DNA of 64,000 nucleotides, taken from NCBI GenBank assembly GCA_947476295.1, contig CANJQC010000001.1:28555-92554 (forward strand), read 5' to 3'. The notes beneath the pieces are model-generated. The model worked only from the letters and a program-made list of their open reading frames with translations, ran no database searches and was not told the DNA's origin. The first letter of the stretch is position 1; every line of letters starts with the position of its first letter. The stretch is from Planctomycetaceae bacterium (GTDB lineage: Bacteria; Planctomycetota; Planctomycetia; Planctomycetales; Planctomycetaceae). The position numbers and the translations under genes are program-made. Shown here in pieces: positions 9,733-19,885 of this stretch.

Positions 9733-10806
9733 TCAGGCCTGCACGCTAAATAAATCGATGACCGCTGCCTGTTGATGCCCCACTGCGGTCAGGGAGCGGC
9801 CGTCTGTGGACAGCTCAAAATCATGCACATGCATGGGAGCTTTGTCCTGAGTCAGCAGTTTTCCATCTGCCATGTTCCAGACGCTGATAAAACCGCTGTT
9901 GTCGCCGCCGGCGGCAACAAGGTATGCATCGGCGGGGCCAAACTGCAGGGCTTCCACAAGCCCCTTGTGTTTGCTGTCTTCAATTTCAAAGCGGCGTGTA
10001 CCTGTTTGCCAGTTGAAGACTTCGATTCGCGACATACCTTCTAGGTGGTCGATGTTGCCGACTTTGCCCATGCCGCCCACTGCGAGTTGACTGGAATCGT
10101 TTGAGAAAGCCAGCGAACGAATGCCACCGATCGAATGGCGTCGAGCCGTCGGGTCCCATGTGTACATGACCGGTGTCTCAATTGTGGCGGTAAGTTGTCC
10201 GCTCGTCACGTCGCGTACAAGCACACGCCCGGTTCGATCACCCGTCGCCAGCCATTTGCCGTCCGCAGAGAACGCAACGGCATAGAGCATTGAGGGGAAT
10301 TCATGGGGAGTCTTCGATTCGTAGTCACTCCATGTGGCTAGGCACTGGCCCGTCACAGCGTCCCAGAGTTTTGTCTGCATGTCGTCCGCGACACTTGCGA
10401 TGCGAGTTTGATCGGGGTTGATGGCCAGCATTCGGATCCATCGCGCATGAGCATCGTCAACACGGCGAATGATCTCGCCGCTGTCAGCATTCCACCAGAT
10501 CAGTGAGCAATCGTAGCCTCCGGACACAAGTGTCTCGCCACAACGAACCAAACCCATAACGTAGCTGGTGTGACCGTTCGCTCCTACTGCCGAGGGCTCA
10601 ATTTTCTCAGCTGACAGATTCGCCCGGAGAATCGAAAAGTCCGAGAGCCCTGTGTAAATCAATGACTTGCTTGGTGCTGTTGCGAGACAAAAGCCGATCC
10701 CGGGCAGCGAGAATGCCGTCCGCACTTTGACCACATTCGGTAACGTGGCCGCTGTCGGGGCGGAAGCCTGCGGCTCGGTGCTGGCCGGAGTGTTGATTTC
10801 GTCCAT
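9733..10806 (-). CDS. WD40-repeat beta-propeller protein
   Basis: 357 aa with repeated WD-like units (SGGYDCSLIWWN, SVADDMQTKLWD, TGDRTGRVLVRD, AGGDNSGFISVWN). Confidence 0.8.
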   Translation of the reverse strand: MDEINTPASTEPQASAPTAATLPNVVKVRTAFSLPGIGFCLATAPSKSLIYTGLSDFSILRANLSAEKIEPSAVGANGHTSYVMGLVRCGETLVSGGYDCSLIWWNADSGEIIRRVDDAHARWIRMLAINPDQTRIASVADDMQTKLWDAVTGQCLATWSDYESKTPHEFPSMLYAVAFSADGKWLATGDRTGRVLVRDVTSGQLTATIETPVMYTWDPTARRHSIGGIRSLAFSNDSSQLAVGGMGKVGNIDHLEGMSRIEVFNWQTGTRRFEIEDSKHKGLVEALQFGPADAYLVAAGGDNSGFISVWNMADGKLLTQDKAPMHVHDFELSTDGRSLTAVGHQQAAVIDLFSVQA

Positions 10807-11080
10807 TGTTACTTCCAGTATGATTGTCGTTGCCCGGATCAGAAATTTTCAGTACAGCGAGCGTTTGGTCCATCGTGGCGGAATTGCGGCATTTCAAAAG
10901 ACGGACGTTGAGTCCTTAAGCTGTGCGGCGTTTTTCTCGACCGAGCGCTGATGCAAATGTGAGTCGCCGAGCGACATCGCCTACGCAGCACAATCGCTCC
11001 GCGATTGTGATTCATTGGGTACAGCATGGTTATTCCTATATGGCCGAGTTCTGGTGAACGCCTTGCGCCCATTGATGCCA

Positions 11081-12409
11081 CTAACTCAACACTTCCGCAA
11101 TCGGCTTCGAACCAAAATCCGCCAGCGGTACAGGCCTCGCCCCAACGGTGTATTCCTGCGTGTGATCAATCCCCAGCGCTGACAGGATTGTGGCGAATAG
11201 GTCTGCGGCTGACGCTTCGCCCTCGACGACGGTATGGCCTTCAGGATCAGTCTTGCCATACGCCACACCTCCCCGGATTCCAAGTCCCGACAAGCTGCAG
11301 CTCCATGCACTCGCAAAGTGATCACGTCCGAGGCTGGAATTGATTTGCGGTGTTCTCCCGAATTCACCCAGAGTGATCACCAGCGTGTTTTTCAGCAGTC
11401 CGCGTTGTTCAAGGTCGTCCAGCAGAACGGACATGGAATGATCCAGATCCGCACACAATTCCTGATGCGTTTCAAAGTTCTGTCCATGACTATCCCACCA
11501 GGCGCGGGCCACTTTCACGAAGGGTACGCCAGCTTCAACTAGGCGGCGAGCGATCAGGCATTGATGACCGAACTGAGTCGGCCCGTAACGAGCCTGCACC
11601 TCCGCTGATTCCTGTGTGATGTCAAACAGTTCCGCGCTTGCCATCAGTCCGTTCACTCGTTGATACGCCGAATTCTGACTATCAACCGCGTGACTTCTGC
11701 GCGAAGCGGCAAAGCGTCGTCCCAGTGCATCTCGCAGTGCAGCTCGGTCATGATGATCGATCTCTGTAAGCGTCTCAAGCCGGGCAATGTTCGGCGGGAT
11801 CATGCTTTCAGACAGGAACATCGGCGCATACCGCGCACCCAGAAATCCGCTGGTCCCTTTGCGACGGCCTTCAGTGGACGTATAGAGCGACACATAGTCC
11901 GGGACCTTGCTTTCCATGCGTCCCAGTTCCCGCGCGACCACAGCGCCAAGGTCCGGGTAGACGATGCTGGGATCCTTCAGACGGCCAGTTTCCATAAGGT
12001 CCGCGCCGCGGCCGTGATCGGCAATCTTTGTGTTTAGAGATCGGATAATTGCTGTATGCTGCATCCGTTGAGCTAGTTCGGGAAGCAGTTCGCTGATATG
12101 GACTCCGTTTGCGTTTGTTTGAATGGCACGAAACGGTCCGCCGGTCTTCGCACCGGGCTTGGGATCCCATGTTTCGAACTGACTGGCGCCCCCGGCCAGC
12201 CATAACAGGATGACTCGTTTGTGCTGTTTCCGAAGTTCGCTGGCGACCTCTTCCGATCGCAGCGCATGAATCTGTCCCATGTCGGAAGAAAAACACCCAG
12301 CGACCGTTAGAGCCCCGACAGCTCGGATCGCTCCATCTGACAGAAAACCTCGCCGAGACACGGCGTGATGAGCAGGAATGCAGATGCCGGATTTCGAGAT
12401 TCGAGACAT
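11081..12409 (-). CDS. DUF1501 domain protein (sulfatase-like fold, Tat signal)
   Basis: SRRGFLSDG twin-arginine signal. Contains WLAGGASQFETWDPKP and the C-terminal GEFGRTP..GRDH motif. ATG at 12409 lies 14 nt after the upstream stop, with an AAGG ribosome-binding site. Confidence 0.9.
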   Translation of the reverse strand: MSRISKSGICIPAHHAVSRRGFLSDGAIRAVGALTVAGCFSSDMGQIHALRSEEVASELRKQHKRVILLWLAGGASQFETWDPKPGAKTGGPFRAIQTNANGVHISELLPELAQRMQHTAIIRSLNTKIADHGRGADLMETGRLKDPSIVYPDLGAVVARELGRMESKVPDYVSLYTSTEGRRKGTSGFLGARYAPMFLSESMIPPNIARLETLTEIDHHDRAALRDALGRRFAASRRSHAVDSQNSAYQRVNGLMASAELFDITQESAEVQARYGPTQFGHQCLIARRLVEAGVPFVKVARAWWDSHGQNFETHQELCADLDHSMSVLLDDLEQRGLLKNTLVITLGEFGRTPQINSSLGRDHFASAWSCSLSGLGIRGGVAYGKTDPEGHTVVEGEASAADLFATILSALGIDHTQEYTVGARPVPLADFGSKPIAEVLS

Positions 12410-12423
12410 GTGTGGAACCTTGT

Positions 12424-14073
12424 TCAATGATTAAACCGAAATTCAGGGCCTGCGAGGATTGCCCAGAGGAGCTGTTTTCTTGATTCATCTTTTTTGTTGG
12501 GGACTCGATCCAGCCAGGCTGTGGCCGAGGCAAGTTCGTCAGGTTGTGGTACACGATTTAGAACCGCCAGCCAGAGTTTTTCAATTCCCTGTGACTGATC
12601 TTCAACCTTCTTCAATTGCCCCAACAGCCGGTCATCCGAATCTCGCAGAAGATCATCCTGAACCCGACCGCTGTTACTGAAGAATAACGCCTCATCAACA
12701 GCAATTTGAAAGTTCTCCACCGGCTGCTCAAACTCACGCACCCAGTCATTCGCCAGGTTCTCAAGTTCCGTTCGTTGCTTCGTCCATTCTTCAGTATTCT
12801 CAATTGCTGGCCATTGTTCCGGGCTGCGAATCACCAGATGCAGCGAGGCTCCCAGTTGTCGTGGAGTCAGAGGACGCGTTTGAGCCAACGCGAACGTGCT
12901 GGCGGCTGGCGGCTCTGACCCTGATGTCCATTCACTCGATCGCCCATACGCTTCGCTCAACACAATTCCCTGAATCAATCGTCGCAGATCGTAGCCATGC
13001 GAGACCATGTCGGTGGTAAGCCATTCCAGGAGTTGCGGGTGGCTCGGCGGATTTCCGCTGTGCATTTGATCGGCAGGACTGACAAGTCCAGTGCCTAGCA
13101 ATCGAGCCCAAATGCGATTGACGATATTCTTCGCGAAAAACCGATCTTTCGTGTCGTGTAACGCGAGTTCGACAAGCTCATCGCGTGGCCGAAACTCCGG
13201 CACAAGGATCTCTGCCTCCGCATCTTCGTGTTCCAGTTTCCGGACACGCTCCTCAAGCTGCTTTCGTTCTTCGTCCGGCAACTGCGGCGTTCGATCAGCC
13301 ACAACGTCGCCGGTCAAAAACATGAACGCCGCCGTTTTGCTCTCGCCGCCAACGTTGGCAAACTTGACTTCGCCAAACGGGCGTTCGGCCAGGGAGCTTG
13401 TTTTTCGAGTCTGATATGTCCTTTCAAAAAACGCCTGCATGCCATAGAAATGATCCTGCTTCCAGTCGGTCACCAAGGGATGATCATGACATTTGGCGCA
13501 GCTGATGTTCACACCGAAAAACAGAATTGCAGTATCATTAGTCAGGTCATCCAGTTCATGCACGCGACTCTTGAGAAACTGTCCGGCACCCTTCTCCGGG
13601 CCGTCCGAGCCCGCAGCGTTCATGATTTCACCGAAGACGGTGTCCCAAGAACGTCGCCCTTGCACCGCAGTCAGCAGATAATTGCGGAACTCATCATTGT
13701 GTGGCTGGTTAGAAAGCAGTGTTTCATCCAGCCAGTTGCGTTGATGAAAATGGAAATCCGGTGATTGCATCAGCCGATCGACAAGCAAGCGGCGACGATT
13801 GGACGACTGTTGACTCATGAACCAGTCCCGTTCCGCTGGTTTCGGCACGCGTCCAGCCAGATCCAGCGTTGTCCGTCGCAGCAGAGTCAAATCGTCTGCA
13901 GCCCCGACTGCGGCAACTCCGGATGTTACCAAATGCTGCTGAACGTAATGATCGATAGTATCAGAGATTTCAGTATCGGGTGGAAGCAGGTCTTCGGCAT
14001 CCGCGACACTGCTTCCGCACAACACAATGGCCATCAAGCGGCATCGACAGAAAATCCCCATGTGCGACTGCAT
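12424..14073 (-). CDS. DUF1549/DUF1553 (PSCyt2/PSD1-type) protein
   Basis: Contains CAKCHDHPL, the LLRRTTLDLAGRVP motif, and the C-terminal EFRFNH ending typical of the family. I chose the start at M81 of the six-frame ORF (14073; 14061 is also possible). The upstream 240 nt overlaps a transposase remnant on the same strand. Confidence 0.85.
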   Translation of the reverse strand: MQSHMGIFCRCRLMAIVLCGSSVADAEDLLPPDTEISDTIDHYVQQHLVTSGVAAVGAADDLTLLRRTTLDLAGRVPKPAERDWFMSQQSSNRRRLLVDRLMQSPDFHFHQRNWLDETLLSNQPHNDEFRNYLLTAVQGRRSWDTVFGEIMNAAGSDGPEKGAGQFLKSRVHELDDLTNDTAILFFGVNISCAKCHDHPLVTDWKQDHFYGMQAFFERTYQTRKTSSLAERPFGEVKFANVGGESKTAAFMFLTGDVVADRTPQLPDEERKQLEERVRKLEHEDAEAEILVPEFRPRDELVELALHDTKDRFFAKNIVNRIWARLLGTGLVSPADQMHSGNPPSHPQLLEWLTTDMVSHGYDLRRLIQGIVLSEAYGRSSEWTSGSEPPAASTFALAQTRPLTPRQLGASLHLVIRSPEQWPAIENTEEWTKQRTELENLANDWVREFEQPVENFQIAVDEALFFSNSGRVQDDLLRDSDDRLLGQLKKVEDQSQGIEKLWLAVLNRVPQPDELASATAWLDRVPNKKDESRKQLLWAILAGPEFRFNH

Positions 14074-14261
14074 GAGTGACGTTTCCGGGTATGTAAGGAG
14101 GGATTTACTCTGATGGGCCGGTAACCAGTAGTCGTAACTGTTCTGGCAGGCACCTGATGATTGATCGATCTGCTGAAAATAGCAGGCTGACCACGGCAGC
14201 ACAATGAATAATCTTGGCGCGGGCTGGAGAGGGGTGCAGTCGCGAATTTCGGTGGGATGCC

Positions 14262-14486
14262 TTATGCGGCGTTCCAGCAGGTTTTCCGGAGATCGCTGTA
14301 CATGATGGAGCAAAGGCCTGCCAGTCGGTTGACTCGACGGACTTTCCAGCGGGCACCCGTTTGTTTCAGGCGGCGGCCGATCAGATTGTTGCAGGCACCC
14401 TCGATCTGGCCGCTCCCGATCGAGCGGCCTTCCGCAAGACGAGCAGCCTGGTGCATATGTCTCGCGTGGGGAACATTTTTTTGACG
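14262..14486 (-). mobile_element. C-terminal remnant of a transposase (ISKra4-like tail)
   Basis: The translated sequence RSIGSGQIEGACNNLIGRRLKQTGARWKVRRVNRLAGL resembles the conserved IGSG..E.ACK....R.K..GMRW tail of ISKra4-type transposases, recalled from memory. The frame is closed by a stop only 10 codons upstream and no N-terminal part is present. Confidence 0.5.
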
Positions 14487-14811
14487 CTATTCAATTCCCG
14501 TCGGCTCCGATCAGCAAAGGGCCATTCTGTGACAGTCGTCATTATAGAATCCTCTTAAGATACTGGAAAATAACAGAAGAACTAGAAAGCGTAGAAGCGA
14601 CGAAAATGTTGCCCAGCGCACATATTCGCTCTTCAGCAGCCCGCCAAAGTTCTTCAAATGCGTCCGCAAGGGCTGGTTTGCGTTACGTGAGACAGCTATT
14701 ATGCCGTCTACGCCAGCCCCGGAAGTCTGCCATTCCGGTCACAGCGAACTGCCGTCGTGGAACGCGCAAGAAGCGCAGGGCGTGGAGTCATTCTGAATTG
14801 GAGACTGCATC

Positions 14812-16017
14812 ATGGATTTGATCGTACTGGTAGCGATGATCGTTCTTGCGGCGTCCTCGGCCGACACGCCGTGGCAAGAAGCGGAACAGATTTTTCCCGT
14901 CAATCCCATGCAAACCCATGCCCCCGGCATTGTCGAATGCCCGAATGGCGATCTGATCGCATCGTGGTACAAAGGCTCGGAAGGTTCTGATGGAGACGCT
15001 TCGATTTGGGGCGCTCGGAAGCGAAAAGGCGAATCCAAATGGAGCGAGCCTTTTCTGCACTGGGACACGAAGGGCTTCACGGACTTAAACACCTGCATGA
15101 TGATAGACAGCAAGAACCGGCTGTGGCTATTTTGGCCCACGATCATCGGCGGATCGTTGGAGTCGGCCATTATGAACTATGCCGTCTCGACCGATTACAA
15201 CAATGAAGGCCCTCCCAAATGGGACCGTCACGCAATGATCCTGTTGAAACCGGCGGACTTTGCGGAAGACGCCCTGAAGATTTTGGGCGACGGCCGAGTC
15301 TCTGTGCCGCGAGGCGCCATCCAGGGAGATAAAAACCGCAACACGCCTGAGGCGCAGGAAGTTCAAAAGAACAAGATCAAGGACCCCATGTATCAACGGC
15401 TCGGTTGGTCGCCCCGATGCAAGCCGACGGTCCTTCCGAGCGGGCGGATTCTGCTCCCTTTGTATACCGACACTTGGCTGATCTCGATCATGGCGGTGAG
15501 CGATGACGATGGCATGAACTGGTACGCCAGTCAGCCCTTGATCGGCTTTGGCAACATCCAACCGACAGTCCTGCGCCGGAACGACGGTTCGCTCGTGGCC
15601 TACATGCGCGAAAACGGCGGCCGAAGCAAGATGCGCATTTCCGAGTCCACAGATGAGGGAATTCACTGGAGCCCGGTCGGGTTGAGCGAACTTCCTAACT
15701 TCGGCAGCGGGATCGACGGCGTGCGGCTCGAGAACGGCCACTGGGCGCTGATCTACAACGACAAGGGTCGCACGAGCATCGTCGTCTCTATTTCCGAAGA
15801 CGAAGGGAAAACCTGGAAGTACACGCGGCATCTCGAGGTGCATAATGCCGGCCGGTACCAGTACCCTGCCATGATTCAAGGCAAGGACGGCACGATCCAC
15901 ACAGTCCTCAGCACGTTTATAGCTCCGGAGAATCAAGGTGAAAAGGAAGTGAAAGGGATCAAGCACAACGCCTTCAACGAAGCCTGGGTCAAGGCCGGCG
16001 ATCCCGCCAGCAAATGA
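14812..16017 (+). CDS. BNR/Asp-box repeat exo-alpha-sialidase-like glycosidase (secreted)
   Basis: N-terminal signal peptide. Asp-box motifs SDDDGMNW, STDEGIHW and SEDEGKTW. Confidence 0.8.
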   Translation: MDLIVLVAMIVLAASSADTPWQEAEQIFPVNPMQTHAPGIVECPNGDLIASWYKGSEGSDGDASIWGARKRKGESKWSEPFLHWDTKGFTDLNTCMMIDSKNRLWLFWPTIIGGSLESAIMNYAVSTDYNNEGPPKWDRHAMILLKPADFAEDALKILGDGRVSVPRGAIQGDKNRNTPEAQEVQKNKIKDPMYQRLGWSPRCKPTVLPSGRILLPLYTDTWLISIMAVSDDDGMNWYASQPLIGFGNIQPTVLRRNDGSLVAYMRENGGRSKMRISESTDEGIHWSPVGLSELPNFGSGIDGVRLENGHWALIYNDKGRTSIVVSISEDEGKTWKYTRHLEVHNAGRYQYPAMIQGKDGTIHTVLSTFIAPENQGEKEVKGIKHNAFNEAWVKAGDPASK

Positions 16018-16258
16018 GCGGGTTGCAGCCAGCCCGAACGCGAACGACGACCGAATCGTGGACATCAACTTCCGTCTGTCCTTCATTCCATGACAGATGT
16101 TGTCGGGGATAAGTTCGCTGTTTTCCCACTCATTGCGCGAAGCCTGCCGTTTCAAGTGCGGCGGCGTAGTCTTCCGGATAATTCAGATTCGACCAGAGAA
16201 TCTGCGTGGCGAAAGAGCGCTTGCAGGATGGACACTCATGTCCGTCGAATCCCCGCCA

Positions 16259-19200
16259 TCAGGACTTGCTGATCGATGGATCGACACCGAGGCGGATCAA
16301 GTCGGCCAGTTCTCTGGTGGACAGTTTTGCTGCGGCGTCGGCACCGGAGAGGACGCCATCGACGAGATCACGCTTTTCGTCGTGCATTTTCAAAATCTGT
16401 TCTTCGATCGTGCCGCGTGCGATGATACGGTAGACCATGACGGGGCGTGTCTGGCCGATGCGGTGGGCACGGTCCGTTGCCTGGTCTTCAACGGCGGGAT
16501 TCCACCACGGGTCCATGTGGATCACGTAGTCTGCCGCCGTGAGATTTAGTCCCGTGCCGCCGGCCTTGAGCGAAATCAGAAACGCATCGCCTTCGCCATT
16601 CTGAAACGCTTCGACACGCTGCTGCCGCTGAGCTGGTGTGGTCTGACCATCAAGGTACTGATACGTGACACCGGCCTTGTCGCAGGCTTTGCGGATCAGG
16701 GCCAGATGCGAGGTGAACTGACTGAAGATCAATGGTCGGTTACCCCTTTCTTTCAATTGTGCAAGCTGTTCCATCAGGACGTCGAGTTTCGCAGACGAAC
16801 CCTTCCATTTGTCATCGACCAGCCCGATATGACACGACAGTTGCCTCATACGAGTCAGCATCTGCAGAACTTTGAACCGCTGGTCATGCGACAGACTTTC
16901 ATCGCCGATGTCATCGAGTTCAGTAACTGCCGCCAGTCGCATCTGATCGTAGCGTGTGCGTTCCTCGGCAGACAAATCCACCATCAGATTTGTTTCCGTG
17001 CGTTCCGGCAGATCCTTGAGAACCTCCGCCTTGGACCGTCGCAGAATAAATGGTGCAATCACATGAGCAAGCGCTTCTCGGCGATCACTGTTGCGATCTT
17101 TTTCGATGGGGGCCGCAAATCGTTTGCGAAACTGCTCCCATGAACCCAGAACTCCCGGAGCGACCGTGTGGAAGATGCTCCAGAGTTCACCCAGATGATT
17201 TTCCATCGGTGTACCCGTGAGTGCGATTTTCCATTCGGCCTGAAACGTACGAATCTGAGAGGCCGTTTTACTGTTGCTGTTCTTGATGTTCTGTGCTTCG
17301 TCCAGAATCAGCGTGCCCCATTTGATATCCCTGAGCAATTCCGCCTCACGCAGCGCAAGCCCGTAGCTGCAGATCACGAGGTCGCCGTCGCCGACGTGGT
17401 TCTTGAGATCCATGCGATCAATGTCGCGGAATACGATTGGCGTCAGCGAAGGTGTGAATCGCTCGCATTCACGCTGCCAGTTGAATCCCAGCGAAGTCGG
17501 TGCGATCACAAGCGTGGGACCGGATTCGACACGTGTGAGCAGCATCGCAAGTGCCTGCACGGTTTTTCCGAGACCCATGTCGTCCGCCAGAATCCCGCCG
17601 ATGCCCCAGTGAGACAGACGACACAACCAGCGAAAACCTTCGAGTTGATAGTCTCGCAGATGTGCATTCAAGCCCGCTGGCGGATCGTAAACCGTATCCG
17701 TCGCTTCGCGCAATTGTTTGAGGCACTTATCCCAGTGCTTGTCGGAATCGACCTGAATGCGTGCGGCCTGAAGTGCCGAAACGACAGGAATGGCCGACGA
17801 ATCCAGTTGCAATTTGCCGCGAGATTCCAGACTGACATCCGACAGTCGCCGCAGTGCGCTGCGAAGTTCTTCCGCTACGGCGGCCCATTTGCCTGGTGAA
17901 ATTTCCATCAGACCGTTGGTCGGTCGTCCATGCATTCCGGCCAACAGATCTTTGAGCGGAATTTCCTGCTCGCCGATTCTGCAGGTACCGGTCAGACCAA
18001 ACCAGTCTCGCTGACGTGACACGGTGACGCGCACGTTGTTGGCGGTTAATCGACCGATCACATCGAAGCGACTGACGGAATCCTTGTGCCACAGCACGAC
18101 CAGTTCACCTCGCTCGACGGCGGCTCCGGCGTCGGACAACAGGTTGCTGATATCGTCGGCGTCTGAAATTCTCCAGCCGCAGCGGCTGATCGGAACGCCG
18201 CGTTTTAGTTTGAGTTCCGTTGCGAGTTCACGGGTACGATGCACTTCGTCCGACAGATTGCGAACGTACTGGACGGGCTTTTCATCAACGGTCTCATGGA
18301 TGCGAGCGAGTCCTTCGCCGGGCGATTGCAGCATCGAATTGCGATCCCGCACCTGGATGGATGCGTCCAGCATTCCGTTGCGACGCAGTTGCAGCACGAG
18401 CGTCATCTGTCCGTCATACGGCACGTCCTGTCCGGCGATGGATTCCGGCAGTCGCACGGCCATGCAGGACCGTAATGGTTCCAGTTCCTTGAGCAGCGCT
18501 GCCTTCTTTTCGAGCGGAATGATATCCGTTTGTTTCCTGAGATGATTACAGATGTCACAGGAATGCGGTGGACCGGAAAAATAAACGGCCCTGCGTTGTT
18601 CCTGAAGCACGACCAGGACACCTCGTTTGGCATCTGCAAAAAAAGACTGGCTGCCTTCCGGCTGCGCGCTCATCAGATCCGTCGCGGAGGTCGATAGACG
18701 CAATCCGCCTTCGACTTCCTGAACAATAATTTCAAGCGGTCGTGTTTCCAGCTCGCAGTGATCTCGGTCGTACGTAAACTGATCACTCCCTGCAAGAATT
18801 CTCAATGCATCTGCGAGTTCCAGCGTGGGTGTCTGCCAGCGCTCCTGTTTGATCAGTTCTGCCAGCTGTTGGTCAATCGCTGTCCACTGATCTCGGGAAG
18901 ATTTCAGAAATGCTTCGAGGGTGCTTTCTTTACCCTTGGTCCAGCCGCCGTTCTTTTTCTCCTGCTGCAAACACGGCCCCAGATGAACGGACTTGTAATA
19001 ACGGTCGAGTTTGACATCCCACGCAAACCGCGTCAGCGGCTTTTCGATCACTGGAGCATTGTCATTTTGGGGCAGCGACATCTGCGCATTTCGCGCCAGT
19101 GACTGAAGCATCGAAAACGTCTGCTTGAGATTTCGCTCAGCAAAGTCCTCGCCCAGAATCTTTGCGACGAGTTCAGACTTGGGATTGCTGAGGAGGTCCT

Positions 19201-19618
19201 TAATCTTCACTGCCATGAAATAAGTATGTTCACACAAAGCCTGATGACCACAATTACACGATGTGGAAAACGTACGGCCATCGAGATCAAACGTCCATGA
19301 GGCCCGATACGTCGATGCACCACACTTCAGAACGACCTCGCAGCCTTCTTCGCGATTGACAGACTTGAGTTGAAGTGAGCCCTTGATTCGTTCGCCGCGT
19401 CCGCGTTTATCGACGCTATGACCACTGATCAGCCCGCCGATCGCGTCCTGCCACTCATCCAGCAGTCCGCTGGTCACCGCCTTTTTCGGAACCATGCCGA
19501 TATCCTTACCGACAGCACCGATGCCCAATTCTCGAAGCATTTTAGCGAAGTCAGGATCGCTCGCGAAACTTCGGGGATCAAATTTATCCGGACGTCGCTT
19601 GTTCTCATCGCGAGCCAT
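16259..19618 (-). CDS. SNF2-family helicase with N-terminal SWIM zinc finger
   Basis: SWIM motif CNCGHQALCEHTYF. SNF2 motifs LADDMGLGKT, LILDEAQNIKN, LTGTPMEN and QATDRAHRIGQ. I chose the ATG at 19618; the six-frame ORF extends to a TTG at 19816. Confidence 0.9.
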   Translation of the reverse strand: MARDENKRRPDKFDPRSFASDPDFAKMLRELGIGAVGKDIGMVPKKAVTSGLLDEWQDAIGGLISGHSVDKRGRGERIKGSLQLKSVNREEGCEVVLKCGASTYRASWTFDLDGRTFSTSCNCGHQALCEHTYFMAVKIKDLLSNPKSELVAKILGEDFAERNLKQTFSMLQSLARNAQMSLPQNDNAPVIEKPLTRFAWDVKLDRYYKSVHLGPCLQQEKKNGGWTKGKESTLEAFLKSSRDQWTAIDQQLAELIKQERWQTPTLELADALRILAGSDQFTYDRDHCELETRPLEIIVQEVEGGLRLSTSATDLMSAQPEGSQSFFADAKRGVLVVLQEQRRAVYFSGPPHSCDICNHLRKQTDIIPLEKKAALLKELEPLRSCMAVRLPESIAGQDVPYDGQMTLVLQLRRNGMLDASIQVRDRNSMLQSPGEGLARIHETVDEKPVQYVRNLSDEVHRTRELATELKLKRGVPISRCGWRISDADDISNLLSDAGAAVERGELVVLWHKDSVSRFDVIGRLTANNVRVTVSRQRDWFGLTGTCRIGEQEIPLKDLLAGMHGRPTNGLMEISPGKWAAVAEELRSALRRLSDVSLESRGKLQLDSSAIPVVSALQAARIQVDSDKHWDKCLKQLREATDTVYDPPAGLNAHLRDYQLEGFRWLCRLSHWGIGGILADDMGLGKTVQALAMLLTRVESGPTLVIAPTSLGFNWQRECERFTPSLTPIVFRDIDRMDLKNHVGDGDLVICSYGLALREAELLRDIKWGTLILDEAQNIKNSNSKTASQIRTFQAEWKIALTGTPMENHLGELWSIFHTVAPGVLGSWEQFRKRFAAPIEKDRNSDRREALAHVIAPFILRRSKAEVLKDLPERTETNLMVDLSAEERTRYDQMRLAAVTELDDIGDESLSHDQRFKVLQMLTRMRQLSCHIGLVDDKWKGSSAKLDVLMEQLAQLKERGNRPLIFSQFTSHLALIRKACDKAGVTYQYLDGQTTPAQRQQRVEAFQNGEGDAFLISLKAGGTGLNLTAADYVIHMDPWWNPAVEDQATDRAHRIGQTRPVMVYRIIARGTIEEQILKMHDEKRDLVDGVLSGADAAAKLSTRELADLIRLGVDPSISKS

Positions 19619-19885
19619 CTGCACCGCTTCCCTGCTCAATTGACTAATTGATGAGCCTAGCCCTGCACCGGGCGTTTTGCTCCGACAATTCTTCTCTTCA
19701 CCGCGATATGCTCGCAGGAGATAGGTTGACGTCAAGCCGCGATGAACGAATTTCCCGCCGAGCGAACAGAAATAGCCCGTCAAAGAACGGAAAAGTCTCT
19801 TTCGTTGCAGCGCCAACGACCTTCGTGAGGCGATGATGTTGAAGAAAATTCACCGTTGCACGTTCGCCTCAATCATAGCAAGACA

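Noticed and set aside
10960-11010. Two adjacent small hairpins (GTCGC-cga-GCGAC and CACAATCGC-tcc-GCGATTGTG) downstream of the DUF1501 gene, considered as a terminator.
   Set aside because: No U tract follows on the relevant (minus) strand. They could be Rho-dependent or stabilising structures, but the evidence is insufficient for a feature call.
14074-14313. 80-codon N-terminal extension of the DUF1549/1553 ORF (six-frame start at 14313).
   Set aside because: The extension has no signal peptide or family similarity and overlaps the transposase remnant. A Met followed by a hydrophobic signal-like segment occurs at 14073/14061.
16130-16258. 42 in-frame sense codons directly after the SNF2 TGA stop (WRGFDGHECPSCKRSFATQILWSNLNYPEDYAAALETAGFAQ*), suggesting read-through or a lost C-terminal zinc ribbon.
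   Set aside because: There is no start codon in the segment. An open stretch of 42 codons is not rare by chance at this GC content (roughly a one-in-eight expectation from 61/64 per codon). The helicase already ends at a normal position after motif VI.
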